Shown: positions 54,695-64,000 of the stretch, in pieces | Numbering within the stretch: the stretch's first letter is position 1 | Layout of the letters: the number at the start of each line of letters is the position of its first letter | Virus record (IMG/VR): IMGVR_UViG_3300043811_000020 | Strand: one strand, 5' to 3' | DNA: 64,000 nt | Source: an uncultured virus (IMG/VR IMGVR_UViG_3300043811_000020) | Taxonomy: Duplodnaviria; Heunggongvirae; Uroviricota; Caudoviricetes | Program-made: the position numbers and the translations under genes | Notes under the pieces: generated by a model | Told to the model about the DNA's origin: nothing | Seen by the model: only the letters and a program-made list of their open reading frames with translations | Database searches by the model: none

Positions 54695-57600
54695 TAGTCG
54701 CTCCTGTCATACCCTGCACCAACGCTAGATCACTGCGCGCCTGCGTTACCGCGGCGGTAATCGTGTCGTCCGTGATCTCAGCCTCGTCCTCCTCGGCGAC
54801 CGGCCGCTCCGTGATTGCCGTCTGTCGGAACAGCATACTCTCAAACGGTGAACCCGCCGGCACAGGGATACGCATGACGGTCTCGCGCAGGCCGCCGACG
54901 CCGGTGCCAACGGCCAAGTCCACCTTGTGAACCGTCTTCGCGTCGTAGTGCCGCTCCATCGACTTGATCACCATGAGCGGGCTGGTTGTCTGGAGCTTCG
55001 CCAGTTCCACCTCCAGGCGCTTCTTGGAGATGTCGATTACCCGGTCGTTGACCGAGCACCGAATATTGATCGGTGCAGGGCGGTCCTTGCTCGGGCCGGC
55101 AAGGTGAACGATGGCGTCCGGGAAACCCTTCTTGCGCGACGGCATGGACTGCACCCAGAGGGTGTTACCCACGAGCGCCTTGGTGACCTGGGCGAGCAGG
55201 TTGAGCGTGTTCGCCGCGGTGCCGCCGACGATCTCTGCGCGCGCCACCGTCTGCCGCTGGGCGAAATACTGTTCCTTCAGCCACGTCCAGAGGTTTTCCA
55301 GGTGGAACTCGCACCCTAATTGGTTGGCGAGTTCAGCGCCGCAGAAGATCGCCGTGGCAATGGCCGAGTGGAACCGTTCTTCATTCGAGTGATCAACCTC
55401 GCGGTTGAACTGCGCGCGCTTGGCGCGCACGTACTTACCGATCCCTTCCGGGTCCGATCCCAGGAGGTGACCGTAGGCGAGACCCATGTGCCCGTAGTTG
55501 TGGTCCAAAGAAGCCATCAAACGGGACACGTCTGCCTCGGGAATATTACTGGGCCGGCGCGCCACACGGAACTCGAAGATACGTTGCAGTGTCGCGTCGG
55601 TGCCGTTGGTCTTCCGCATGATGTTGTCGGAGAGCGACTGGTTGCTCGCCACAACCATGAGCGTCTGCCAGTCCTCGACGTGGAACATCTCCCGGGATTG
55701 TTTCAACCTTGACGCCCCGCCGCCCTCGGTCAGCATGCCGAGCATGTCCCTGATTTCGTCCATCTTGTCCTCGGTGCTGATCTCGTCCCAGAACACCGGG
55801 AGGTTTTTTATACAATCCAGCTTCTTGAGGATGCCTTTCTGGGACGACAACGGCCGCTCCTTGGTGAGCTTGGGGCATCCCCACGCGCTGGCGCCGACCT
55901 GGATCGCTGTGCTCTTGCCGGCGCCGCTCTCGGGCGACCATGGCGCCAGGATCGCGTTGTACTGGTCGCAGAACGTCATGAGCGGCGCGCCAAAACCCGA
56001 CGCGGTGATAGCTTCACCGGGGGCGTAGTTCTGATCCGTGATGATCTTGCACGCACGCGTCCAGAGGGTGCCGTCGCCGACGGGCTTGTAGGCCATCTCG
56101 ATCTCTTGATCGGAGAACCCGGAAATCTGTACCTCGCCGCCTGCGCGCACGACACGGCCGCCGTACGCGAACCCGACAGGAACGTCGCCGCCCTTTTCTT
56201 TGTCGTACAGCCAGCCAAAGGGGATGGTGTCAAGACGCCGCTGTGCGCCGTCTAGCTTCTCTGTCCAGGAAGTCATGAAGTGAGCGATCCTACGCTGGTT
56301 GGGAACGTACGGCTTCACGCCGAAGCTCCGCAGGGATTTGATGAGCGTCTGCTCGGTGGCCAGATCAGTCTCGAATATCGCTACAGGCCCCCACGTACCA
56401 CCATCGAGCGAAGTCTCAAACATGATCTTGCGGGAACCACGTTGGAGTATCGGCTTCCGCAGCTGGCACATGAACAGCGTCGCAAGCTGGTTGGCGTCGA
56501 CCCCGTTATTCAGGTCCTTGGTGACGATCTCGCAAATGTACCCAGTCTCACGGTCCACCGTAAACCCGGCAGGGAGCATCAGGTCCTCCGGGGGAGGCGG
56601 CGCTGCGTTGATGGTGATAGATGGCGGCTGGACGCGCTCGGCGAGATTAAGCGGGCTGCGTAGTTTGCCATGGTAGGGACAAGTCTTGCAGGATTTACAT
56701 CCCTCGCTCTCGAACGCGACGCACGACGGCCAGCCTAGAGTGCCCTCCCGCTCGCGGAGCTTGCGATCATACATCGCGTCTGTCTCGTCTCGCGTGTACG
56801 TCGGGTACCCCTTCGAGAAATAATGTGCCCACTGCCGGCCGTCCTCGAACCACGTAGACGCCAGCATGGTCAGCATCCATAGGCCCTGTCCGTGGTCCTT
56901 GCCGTGATGCAAGGCGCTGTCCTGGAAGTGCCCGCAGTGCTTGAACACTTCGTCAGGGTTCAGCGGCAGGTCGTTGTGAAGGTTGATCCCTTCGGCGAGG
57001 CTGTCATACTGCGGCAGGGGCAGGTTCGCCGCCAATAGAGCGTTCATGCCCCGCCCGGTGAACTGCGCAAGATCGAACGGAAGTACCGTCTTCGCGCTTA
57101 CCGCCGCGGTAACAGCAAGTGGGGCTTTCTGTGGAGCCAGCGCTGAAAGGTGCGCCAGAGCGGTTTTAAAATCATAACTTGCTCCGAGGTGAACCAACCT
57201 AACGGGGCGCGAGGGAATTTGTTTGTTGTTGAAAGTTCCCGGTACACGTAAAATCCGCGCTTCGTCCGTGGTGAGACCGGCATCGCACCGAAGACCCAAT
57301 CGCAGCATCTCAGCTTTGAGCCCTTCAGCGTAGGGCCGCCACTCAGGCACCATGAGGGGTTTGTCGCTGATCCAGTAGACGTGGACGCCGCCGCCTGTGA
57401 GCACCAGAGCCGACGGAGCCGGTAGTTTCGCCGCCCGATAGAACTGATCGATGCCGTCCAGTGCTTCCTTGAGCGTCGCATATCCCTTGTCCGGTTTCAC
57501 GTCTACGTCGATCCAGATGGCCTTGAGGCGCATAGAGGTGGGCTTGGAGCGCGCGGCGATGGCCTGCCCGTGTATCACCTTGCCGGTGCATGACTGTGTC

Positions 57601-57809
57601 GACAGGCAGAAGTAGATTTCTTTATACACGCTGGGCTTGGTCGCAGCGTACTGCGCCATGTCCATGAACTCGTGCACATCCTTGAAGGGCTTCCCACGGA
57701 GCCCGTGACCGCGGCTCTCGCTCGGCTTCCAATGAAGGTTCACGTAGCCGGGGCCATCAGGTCCCGGCCACGCAACAACTTGTTCCATGAACTCCTGAGG
57801 AGTAGGCAC
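54678..57809 (-). CDS. Primase-helicase (RepB/AEP-like primase + DUF927 P-loop domain)
   Basis: WIDVD, TGGGVHVYW, RILRVPGT; CxxC cluster; SGAGKST, VFWDE, HNYGH. Confidence 0.9.
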   Translation of the reverse strand: MPTPQEFMEQVVAWPGPDGPGYVNLHWKPSESRGHGLRGKPFKDVHEFMDMAQYAATKPSVYKEIYFCLSTQSCTGKVIHGQAIAARSKPTSMRLKAIWIDVDVKPDKGYATLKEALDGIDQFYRAAKLPAPSALVLTGGGVHVYWISDKPLMVPEWRPYAEGLKAEMLRLGLRCDAGLTTDEARILRVPGTFNNKQIPSRPVRLVHLGASYDFKTALAHLSALAPQKAPLAVTAAVSAKTVLPFDLAQFTGRGMNALLAANLPLPQYDSLAEGINLHNDLPLNPDEVFKHCGHFQDSALHHGKDHGQGLWMLTMLASTWFEDGRQWAHYFSKGYPTYTRDETDAMYDRKLREREGTLGWPSCVAFESEGCKSCKTCPYHGKLRSPLNLAERVQPPSITINAAPPPPEDLMLPAGFTVDRETGYICEIVTKDLNNGVDANQLATLFMCQLRKPILQRGSRKIMFETSLDGGTWGPVAIFETDLATEQTLIKSLRSFGVKPYVPNQRRIAHFMTSWTEKLDGAQRRLDTIPFGWLYDKEKGGDVPVGFAYGGRVVRAGGEVQISGFSDQEIEMAYKPVGDGTLWTRACKIITDQNYAPGEAITASGFGAPLMTFCDQYNAILAPWSPESGAGKSTAIQVGASAWGCPKLTKERPLSSQKGILKKLDCIKNLPVFWDEISTEDKMDEIRDMLGMLTEGGGASRLKQSREMFHVEDWQTLMVVASNQSLSDNIMRKTNGTDATLQRIFEFRVARRPSNIPEADVSRLMASLDHNYGHMGLAYGHLLGSDPEGIGKYVRAKRAQFNREVDHSNEERFHSAIATAIFCGAELANQLGCEFHLENLWTWLKEQYFAQRQTVARAEIVGGTAANTLNLLAQVTKALVGNTLWVQSMPSRKKGFPDAIVHLAGPSKDRPAPINIRCSVNDRVIDISKKRLEVELAKLQTTSPLMVIKSMERHYDAKTVHKVDLAVGTGVGGLRETVMRIPVPAGSPFESMLFRQTAITERPVAEEDEAEITDDTITAAVTQARSDLALVQGMTGATNGPIA

Positions 57810-57833
57810 GGTCGTCCACGCGTTCCAGCCTGA

Positions 57834-59042
57834 TCACTTGGCGGTGATCAGGGAAGCAATCCTGGCGTCGAGTTCCGCGTCCGTGTCCTCCGGTTCACCC
57901 GCGTCCTGTACCGTCTGCGCTGCCGGGGCCAATGGAGCGTCCGGTTGCGCAAGTCCGCCCAAGCCGGTCGGGGCAGCGCCCTGCTGGGTGGCAGGTGTCG
58001 CACCACCAAAGCCGGTGTCGACAATCCCCCCACTTGCCCCAGGTGCCTGTGTAGGCGTGCTCGGAGTTGCGCTCGGGGTCGAAGTAGCTGACGCGGATGG
58101 AGCGGGAGCTTGCGTGCTGGGTGTAGCAGGTTGGGCAAATGCGGTGACGCTTGAGGATGTGCCCAGGGTCGCCGTTTGGGAGGCCGCCGTTGATGCCGTA
58201 GATTGGGCGCCACCAACGCCTTGCGTAGCCGGTGCCGCAGGCGCAGTCAGGCCAGTTGCAGCTGTCTGGGTTAGCAAGGTTGTGGGCATTCCCGAGGGGG
58301 TCTCGATACCGGTAATCCTCCCCACCATCGGGTCGGATCGCACTTCCAGGATCACAGGGGCTTCCTGATCGGTCAAGCCCTGGAGCGGCCGAAACACCAT
58401 GCTGGGGTGCGCCTTGTTCGGGTCGAACACGATCCGCGTGATGTAGCTCGAATAGTGGTACCCCTGCGCCGCCATCGTCTCGCCCATGATCGCGAGCGAG
58501 TTCAGACTGTCCGGGGGCACCCGGAGAAACACCGGCTCGATCAACGGCGTGCCCAGGATCGGCTTGGTCTGGGTCGGCAGGATCAGGATGGCGAGGCGTT
58601 TGTAGTCGGTGCATTCGCGGCCTTTCTTGCCGTTGGGCATGTTCTTCCAGACATTGCGGGGGCACGTGGCGCAGTGATCGCTTTGCTGTTGTTGCACGTC
58701 CGCGTCCGGGGTGATCCCGTCGATGGACGAGCAGATCGGTCGGTCGCCATCGCTCGTGCCCGGCATGTACTGCTTGTAAAATGACTTGGATTTGGTCTTG
58801 GCTTGACCGAGGATGATCGCGTCGAGGTACGGGCTCGGAGCACCGGTGGCCGGGTCGAGGATATTGTGGCGCTCGCCCCTGATGCGAAGGGACCACGTCT
58901 TTCCCTTGTAGCCGACGACCCCGTACGACTGGCCGATGCCTTCAGCGAGGTTGTCATCCTGCGCGTCCAGGCCGGCGCCCGCGAAGGCTTTGGCCATGGC
59001 TTTGTTCTTGAAGCTGTCGGGGATTTGAAGCTCTTGACCCAT
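57834..59042 (-). CDS. Putative ssDNA-binding protein
   Basis: PICSS.DG, CATCPRN, GRECTDYKRL, LRVPPDSL; long Ala/Thr/Pro linker, acidic C-terminus. Confidence 0.7.
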   Translation of the reverse strand: MGQELQIPDSFKNKAMAKAFAGAGLDAQDDNLAEGIGQSYGVVGYKGKTWSLRIRGERHNILDPATGAPSPYLDAIILGQAKTKSKSFYKQYMPGTSDGDRPICSSIDGITPDADVQQQQSDHCATCPRNVWKNMPNGKKGRECTDYKRLAILILPTQTKPILGTPLIEPVFLRVPPDSLNSLAIMGETMAAQGYHYSSYITRIVFDPNKAHPSMVFRPLQGLTDQEAPVILEVRSDPMVGRITGIETPSGMPTTLLTQTAATGLTAPAAPATQGVGGAQSTASTAASQTATLGTSSSVTAFAQPATPSTQAPAPSASATSTPSATPSTPTQAPGASGGIVDTGFGGATPATQQGAAPTGLGGLAQPDAPLAPAAQTVQDAGEPEDTDAELDARIASLITAK

Positions 59043-59089
59043 GACGGGCACTCCTTCGTGAGGGGGTTGTTACCGCGACGGTAAAACGA

Positions 59090-59491
59090 TCAGTCCTTTT
59101 TGCCGCTCGGCCGTCGCACACCGAGCGTCTGGATGGCGTTGAGGTTGCATCCTGCGGGAAGTTGGTTGTGCTCGTTCACATAGTCCTTGACGGCCTGCGC
59201 GTTGGCGCGGCGCTCGATCAAATCCCAGTGACCCTCTTTGACGAAATTCATGAAGGCTTCCGCGTCCGCCACGCTGGCGGTCCATCTGGTGGAGAGGTAG
59301 CACGTACCGGCCCTGGACTTCAAGCCGTCCGTGATGTTGTTGATCTCCATGAATGCACGGATACGTCCTGACAGCTGTTCCTGAATATCGAGTAAAGGCT
59401 TCTTCTCAGCCTCGTACTTTTCGTCGACACGTTTGATCGCGTCACGAACTTGGATGTACTGCGCGATGCGCTTTTCGATGTCTTCCGCCAT
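59090..59491 (-). CDS. Conserved-type replication-module protein
   Basis: YIQVRD coiled coil, GTCY, DLIERR, PAG; GGAG RBS. Confidence 0.75.
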   Translation of the reverse strand: MAEDIEKRIAQYIQVRDAIKRVDEKYEAEKKPLLDIQEQLSGRIRAFMEINNITDGLKSRAGTCYLSTRWTASVADAEAFMNFVKEGHWDLIERRANAQAVKDYVNEHNQLPAGCNLNAIQTLGVRRPSGKKD

Positions 59492-59693
59492 GCTCGTCTC
59501 CTAGTGTCTGGTCTATGCGTGCGTTCAGCCGGCGACGGCGAATGAGTTCCCAGCCGGCTTTTTGTTTCTCCCACTCGCCGCGCCAATTCCAATAGGCCAC
59601 CGCGGCATCGAGGGTCTTAAAGGGCTTCTCCCACACGTGGCACACGCCGCGCGTCTTTAGGGCGTGCCGCCACGTCGCTACCATGCCGCTCAC
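59442..59693 (-). CDS. Hypothetical protein
   Basis: 83-aa ORF, GTGA coupling. Confidence 0.5.
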   Translation of the reverse strand: MSGMVATWRHALKTRGVCHVWEKPFKTLDAAVAYWNWRGEWEKQKAGWELIRRRRLNARIDQTLGDEHGGRHRKAHRAVHPSS

Positions 59694-59872
59694 TTCTTGC
59701 GCTTCCCACGCAGCGCCATGGCCAGCCGGCGCTCGCGCGCTGCCGCCTCACGGCGCTCATACGTTTCTCGGCTGTGCGTCACGTAGTGCGGGCGTCTCTG
59801 CGGCGGCAGGTGACGGTAGCCGCCCACTGCCTGTTTTCGCCTTCGCTTCGCCGTCGCTGCTGCGCAACCCAT
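59690..59872 (-). CDS. Small basic hypothetical protein
   Basis: GGGAG RBS. Confidence 0.5.
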   Translation of the reverse strand: MGCAAATAKRRRKQAVGGYRHLPPQRRPHYVTHSRETYERREAAARERRLAMALRGKRKK

Positions 59873-60038
59873 AGCCTGTTCTCCCGTCGAAAATCAGTAT
59901 CACTCGTGCACCACTCCAATAGCCATGGCCTCCGCGGTGCCACGCGTACCAGCGATTGTTATGTGTCCTGGGGTACACGCCGTGGGGGGGCCAAGGACTG
60001 GCCCTCCACACGTCGCCGCGTCGCACCGCCTGCACGGT

Positions 60039-60617
60039 TCAGTCCTTGCCGATCAAGTCCAGCACGTATCTCACTGCCATGGCAGCCACCTGGATCGCTT
60101 CCTCGCGCGCGACGGTGGCACGTCCGAAGTCGGCCTTCACGGTCTCCCAGAGTTCGTCCAGTTCCTCTTGGATCACGGCGTATCCCTCGTGAGGACTGTT
60201 GAAACTCTTCGGGTGCTTCTGCATGGCACGCACGATTTCCTCGTGCACCTCGTTGAGGATTTGCTCGACGTAGGGCTCCCCACCCGGCTGGTTCGCCGAC
60301 GCGGTACCACCACCCGCATCCCCTGCCGTTTCGGGGTCCTGCTCGCTGTCCGCCTTGCTGCCGAAGAGAGCCTTGAACATGTCCTCAAGGGTTGCTCCCG
60401 ATCCTGTCACGAACTGCACCGTCACATTCGGATCGTTCCGGTCGAAGCCGAATTGTTCCTTGATCGCGCCAGGATCGAATTGCGGCCCAGAGGTCTCCTG
60501 TTGCGGTTCCTGCTTGGAGGAGGGAGACGATCTCCTGCGGGGTTGCGAGTTCATACGTTCCGTCAGGCGCTCGAACACCTTGGAAAGATGGTTGTTGTCG
60601 TCGGGGTGCTGACCCAT
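60039..60617 (-). CDS. Protein with C-terminal MazG-like (all-alpha NTP pyrophosphohydrolase) domain
   Basis: SPHEGYAVIQEELDELW...REEAIQVAAMA. Confidence 0.7.
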   Translation of the reverse strand: MGQHPDDNNHLSKVFERLTERMNSQPRRRSSPSSKQEPQQETSGPQFDPGAIKEQFGFDRNDPNVTVQFVTGSGATLEDMFKALFGSKADSEQDPETAGDAGGGTASANQPGGEPYVEQILNEVHEEIVRAMQKHPKSFNSPHEGYAVIQEELDELWETVKADFGRATVAREEAIQVAAMAVRYVLDLIGKD

Positions 60618-60656
60618 TGCCTTGCTCCTGTGGTTGGCTGGTCTCACTCGTAGTGC

Positions 60657-62201
60657 TCATAGTGCGGTACCGGTAGCTTCCTCGACCAGTTCCAGGAAGC
60701 TGTTCTGCATCTTCTGGTGATCCCGCAACATTCGGTAGAGCTTTCGTTCAACCGGCGTGGCTTGAAGGTGTAGCAGTTGCTGTTTGTGCAGCTGTCCAAT
60801 CCGGGTGATACGCGCATTGAATTGGTCATACACGTCCAGCGACGCAAAAGGCAAGTACCAAATGATCATGTCCGCCGCTGTGAGCGTGAGCCCGTGGTGC
60901 ACACAGCCAGGGTGGGCAAGCATGGACTGATACTTGTCGGTGTTTTGAAACAGGTTGAACAGACGCTCCCGGTCCGGCGTGTCACCGTGCACGCAACAAT
61001 GGTCGATCTCCACGCCCTTCATGTTGAAAATCCGACTTATGCCGTCGATCATGTGCCGGTAAGGAACTGCGATCAGGACTTTGTTATTGGCGGACCTGAT
61101 CAGGTCCGCCATGGCCACGATCCTCGGGCTCGGGTCCACGCGCACGAACTCGGGGCGCTGTGTGTACACCCAGCCACCGGCGATCTGTAGGAGCTTGTTC
61201 ATCGCAGCACCGGCATTGAGCGCGGTGATACGCTTATCCTTGATGTCAGCCACCATGGCGGTCGCCACACGTTTGTACACCTTCTCTTGCTCTGCCGAGA
61301 GGGGCACGTCCACCGTGCGTGAGATAAGCGGCGGTAGCTCGACCACGTCCTCCAGGGCATACCGGCAGGAGGGCTGCATCCAGCCGAAGGCCCGCTTCTC
61401 AGCGTCAGGCTTGGGGCGCCAGAGATAATTACTCACGTGCGTCATGAGCATTTCGCGGGCGTGACCCTGGTACCGCGGCACTCGCCCAGGGGTGACGATC
61501 ATGCACTGCGCCCACACGTCGGTCGGCTCGTTGGGCATTGGCGCCCCGGTCATACCCCACACGATACTGAACCTGTTCGCGAATTTTCTCATTCGTTTTG
61601 AACGGTCAGAATTATTTCGGTATACAGCCAACTCGTCCAGGACCAACGTATCAATGTCAGCCCGGGTCCAAAGTTCAGTCTCAATGACCCTAAGCCCGTC
61701 GTGATTGATGACGTATATGTCTGCATCTCGTGATAAGGCGTCCAGGCGTGCTTGGCGCGAGCCATGCAAAATCTCCACGCGGCGTCCAGGGAGTGTACGG
61801 AAGGCTTCGGCTGCCCATACAAAGCGAAGCGTCGAGAGGGGAGCAACCACCAACAACTTTTTGGCGAGACCTTGCTTATTAAGATAATCCCACGCCCAAA
61901 GTGCAGTCTTAGTCTTGCCGGTCCCCATGTGATTGAGTACGTACGCATGCGGGTTCTCCGTGAGCATCCGACACGTGGCGCGCTGCACCGCGTACGGCGT
62001 GCCGCCGCACCAGTCGTAGTAGAAGTCGACAGGGTTCGGAACCTTGTAGCCCAGGTGCCGCAGCATCAGCACCTCGCGCAGGCCGTGCGGCACGACGCGG
62101 TTACCGTCCGGTAACACCGGCGCCGCAGGGAACATGCTCGCGACGCCGGGGCTGTCAGGCACCACCAGACATTGGTTCGCTCGTGACACCTTCACAGGCA
62201 T
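60657..62201 (-). CDS. SF2 (SNF2-like) helicase
   Basis: MGTGKT, VVAPLS, LVLDE, MTGAP, HGLTLT, QFNARITRIGQ. Confidence 0.92.
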   Translation of the reverse strand: MPVKVSRANQCLVVPDSPGVASMFPAAPVLPDGNRVVPHGLREVLMLRHLGYKVPNPVDFYYDWCGGTPYAVQRATCRMLTENPHAYVLNHMGTGKTKTALWAWDYLNKQGLAKKLLVVAPLSTLRFVWAAEAFRTLPGRRVEILHGSRQARLDALSRDADIYVINHDGLRVIETELWTRADIDTLVLDELAVYRNNSDRSKRMRKFANRFSIVWGMTGAPMPNEPTDVWAQCMIVTPGRVPRYQGHAREMLMTHVSNYLWRPKPDAEKRAFGWMQPSCRYALEDVVELPPLISRTVDVPLSAEQEKVYKRVATAMVADIKDKRITALNAGAAMNKLLQIAGGWVYTQRPEFVRVDPSPRIVAMADLIRSANNKVLIAVPYRHMIDGISRIFNMKGVEIDHCCVHGDTPDRERLFNLFQNTDKYQSMLAHPGCVHHGLTLTAADMIIWYLPFASLDVYDQFNARITRIGQLHKQQLLHLQATPVERKLYRMLRDHQKMQNSFLELVEEATGTAL

Positions 62202-62529
62202 TGGGCGGTCCTAGCTCGTCATACACACAGCCGAGACGAAAGAACTGACCCTTCGTGAGGGTCGTGATCATGTTCGTCACGTCATCCTTGGTGCGGACGG
62301 CGAATACCGCGCCGCCCGCGTTCGCGATCTGCTTGGCTGTCTCCCACTGCCTCGGGGTGAGCTTCTTCCCCGGGACCTTGGTCTCAATCGCGATAAACCA
62401 CCCTCGCCAGCACGTATAGAAGTCCAGGCCAGGAGCGCCCATGCCGTTCTGCACGGGCATGAAGTGGTAGAAGCCGTTAGCCTTTAGGGCCGCTTTGACC
62501 CAAGCCTTGACGCGTCCCTCGGGTGTCAT
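62155..62529 (-). CDS. VRR-NUC nuclease
   Basis: PEGRVK, GAPGLD, FIAIETK, TPRQ. Confidence 0.88.
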   Translation of the reverse strand: MTPEGRVKAWVKAALKANGFYHFMPVQNGMGAPGLDFYTCWRGWFIAIETKVPGKKLTPRQWETAKQIANAGGAVFAVRTKDDVTNMITTLTKGQFFRLGCVYDELGPPNACEGVTSEPMSGGA

Positions 62530-62710
62530 GCCAGAACTCCACTGCTTTCTGGCAGAACCATGCCCACCACTGCTCGCGGGCGTCAAGGGTCCGCAGTAGG
62601 TCGCGCAAGGCGCCGCGCTGCGTATAGAACGCGCGCGACACCTTGCCGTCTTCGTCACGCCAGTACCAGTAGCCGGCGTGCATGAAGGGATTGGGCTGTG
62701 GGGTGCTCAT
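62477..62710 (-). CDS. Hypothetical Trp-rich protein
   Basis: GGAG RBS, ATGA coupling. Confidence 0.55.
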   Translation of the reverse strand: MSTPQPNPFMHAGYWYWRDEDGKVSRAFYTQRGALRDLLRTLDAREQWWAWFCQKAVEFWHDTRGTRQGLGQSGPKG

Positions 62711-63066
62711 GCCACTCTCCGATCTGCGTAGTGCTTGTAGTTGGTCTCGCTCTTGCCGCGTGCCGGCATGATGTCCTTCGGGGCGTAACACCCCATCCAC
62801 ACCACGGGCTCATGCGGCGTCTTGCGCTTGACAGCGATGTAGCTCCAGATGCCGTCACTGAGTTTCTTCTGAACGAGTGTCACCTTGCCGGCCTCCATCG
62901 CTTCCCATGCCGCCTTGCGTGTATTCCACGCCTTCATGAAATCGATCCCGAAGTTGGTGTCCCACCACAAAAGCCCGACGTGGTAGATGATCTGGTCTCC
63001 GGGCTTCGCCGATGCGACGTATTCCTCAAACGTTGCTCGCGCCATCGTGACGGGCCGTGCGCTCAT
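62707..63066 (-). CDS. Hypothetical protein
   Basis: GGGAGG RBS; PGDQIIYHVG..LVQKK..YIA. Confidence 0.7.
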   Translation of the reverse strand: MSARPVTMARATFEEYVASAKPGDQIIYHVGLLWWDTNFGIDFMKAWNTRKAAWEAMEAGKVTLVQKKLSDGIWSYIAVKRKTPHEPVVWMGCYAPKDIMPARGKSETNYKHYADRRVA

Positions 63067-63134
63067 AACCAACCTCCCTATTTAATAACGATCCACCGCC
63101 GCAAACGAAAGACGCAAACCGTACCGAGCGCAAA

Positions 63135-63351
63135 TCAAGTTTTCGTGAACGGTGTGCGCTCGTGCCGGCGTCCCATCGTCCAGTTCTTCGGCAGGCGAAT
63201 TTCCGGGTTAGGGAATGTCCAACACTCTCCAGTCTCGTCCAGGAACACCACCCACATGAGGTGATGCTCTGTGTCGTAGTCCAGCAGGAAGTGTGCTTCC
63301 CCGACCCTTGGGTGTGTCGAGGGGCAGCGGCGGACTGATGCGTGTCAGCAC
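63135..63351 (-). pseudogene. Frameshifted small phage gene
   Basis: MLTRISPPLPLDTPKG in one frame, EAHFLLDYDTEHHLMWVVFLDETGECWTFPNPEIR in the next; span 217 nt (3n+1). Confidence 0.6.
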
Positions 63352-63692
63352 TGTGAAGTGCCTTCTACCTGCCGCTTCATGCGCTCACGGGTGCGCTGGT
63401 TGAGCCACATGAGGCCCTGCTCGATGTTGGTGATAGCGAGAGCGTTCTCGCGGCACGCGTACTTGCCCTTCTGGAAGTAGTTCAGCCGGTCCAGTACGAT
63501 GGCTAGGAGCGCTTCGTTGGTGATCCCGTTGATACCCACCTCGTTGATCGGGCCGAACTGGAAGTCCAGACGGTACATCCCCTGCGGGAACGTAAGGCTG
63601 TAGTGCACCGGCTCGCCGGTCGGCGCTTCGATTACCGTGACGGTAATCTGATCATTCACCGGGTTCACCTTGTGCTGGTCGAGGGTTCGCAT
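63345..63692 (-). CDS. tad1: Tad1-like anti-defence (immune-signal sponge) protein
   Basis: FQFGP..NGITNEALLAIVLDRL..FQKG...RENALAIT.IEQGLMWL..R..ER..R.VEGT matches the Tad1 pattern as I recall it; GGAG RBS. Confidence 0.8.
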   Translation of the reverse strand: MRTLDQHKVNPVNDQITVTVIEAPTGEPVHYSLTFPQGMYRLDFQFGPINEVGINGITNEALLAIVLDRLNYFQKGKYACRENALAITNIEQGLMWLNQRTRERMKRQVEGTSQC

Positions 63693-63809
63693 CGCGTTTT
63701 CTCCATGTCCATTGTCTAAGGCACTTGTAACACAGGTACCACCGGCGCCCATAATACTGGCTGACGTGCCAGTGACGGCGGTGGAACAGAAAGCATCTGG
63801 TGGCGGCGA

Positions 63810-64000
63810 TCATCGGTGCGACTTCCCGTGGAACGGGCACGACACCACCGGGCAGTAGCGCCCGCACAGCCGGTTCGGCTTGGGTTCGTACGTGAGCGTG
63901 CGCGCGGCTTCCTCCATACGCTTCACCTGCTCAAGGACAGGCGGCCACTCACGCATGATCGTAGCTCGGTTGAACACCTCGGGAGTGCACGCGTCCTCCT
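63810..64000 (-). CDS. C-terminus of a PD-(D/E)XK / Cas4-like exonuclease (partial)
   Basis: Translated by hand: ...EPKPNRLCGRYCPVVSCPFHGK; runs off the window edge. Confidence 0.7.
   Translation of the reverse strand, partial: EDACTPEVFNRATIMREWPPVLEQVKRMEEAARTLTYEPKPNRLCGRYCPVVSCPFHGKSHR

Noticed and set aside
63810..64000. Cas4-like fragment as evidence of CRISPR-Cas
   Set aside because: Stand-alone PD-(D/E)XK exonucleases are routine in phage replication modules, and there is no array.

Overview
GC-rich (roughly 63-65% by eye) tailed dsDNA phage sequence, probably most of a circularly permuted podovirus-like genome. The host is inferred to be an Alphaproteobacterium, from a CtrA-like DNA-binding protein and intergenic TTAA-N7-TTAA boxes. 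Layout: leftward early/replication genes at 0.2-10.6 kb (PolA, vWA/metallopeptidase, AAA ATPase, small ORFs) and 54.5-64 kb (primase-helicase, SSB-like protein, SNF2 helicase, VRR-NUC, Tad1-like anti-defence protein, Cas4-like exonuclease fragment). A non-coding divergence region lies at about 10.7-11.9 kb. Rightward late genes run 11.5-54.4 kb (collagen-like fibres, portal, scaffold, capsid, lysis, tail, ejection proteins), interrupted by an inverted terminase module at 17.2-20.9 kb. Most notable: (1) 21 perfect copies of the palindrome TTACCG-N2-4-CGGTAA spread across the whole window, many inside coding sequence; (2) a second, asymmetric 13-mer (GTGCGACGCGGCG), co-oriented with transcription and concentrated in the early region; (3) a receiver-less CtrA-like regulator plus CtrA boxes at late operon starts; (4) a cassette between portal and capsid that pairs Gly-Pro-Thr collagen-like proteins with a sulfotransferase, glycosyltransferases, a methyltransferase and a 2OG-Fe(II) oxygenase, a candidate virion-decoration system. 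No integrase, tRNA, CRISPR array or reverse transcriptase was seen. All family calls come from motif recognition, not database searches.
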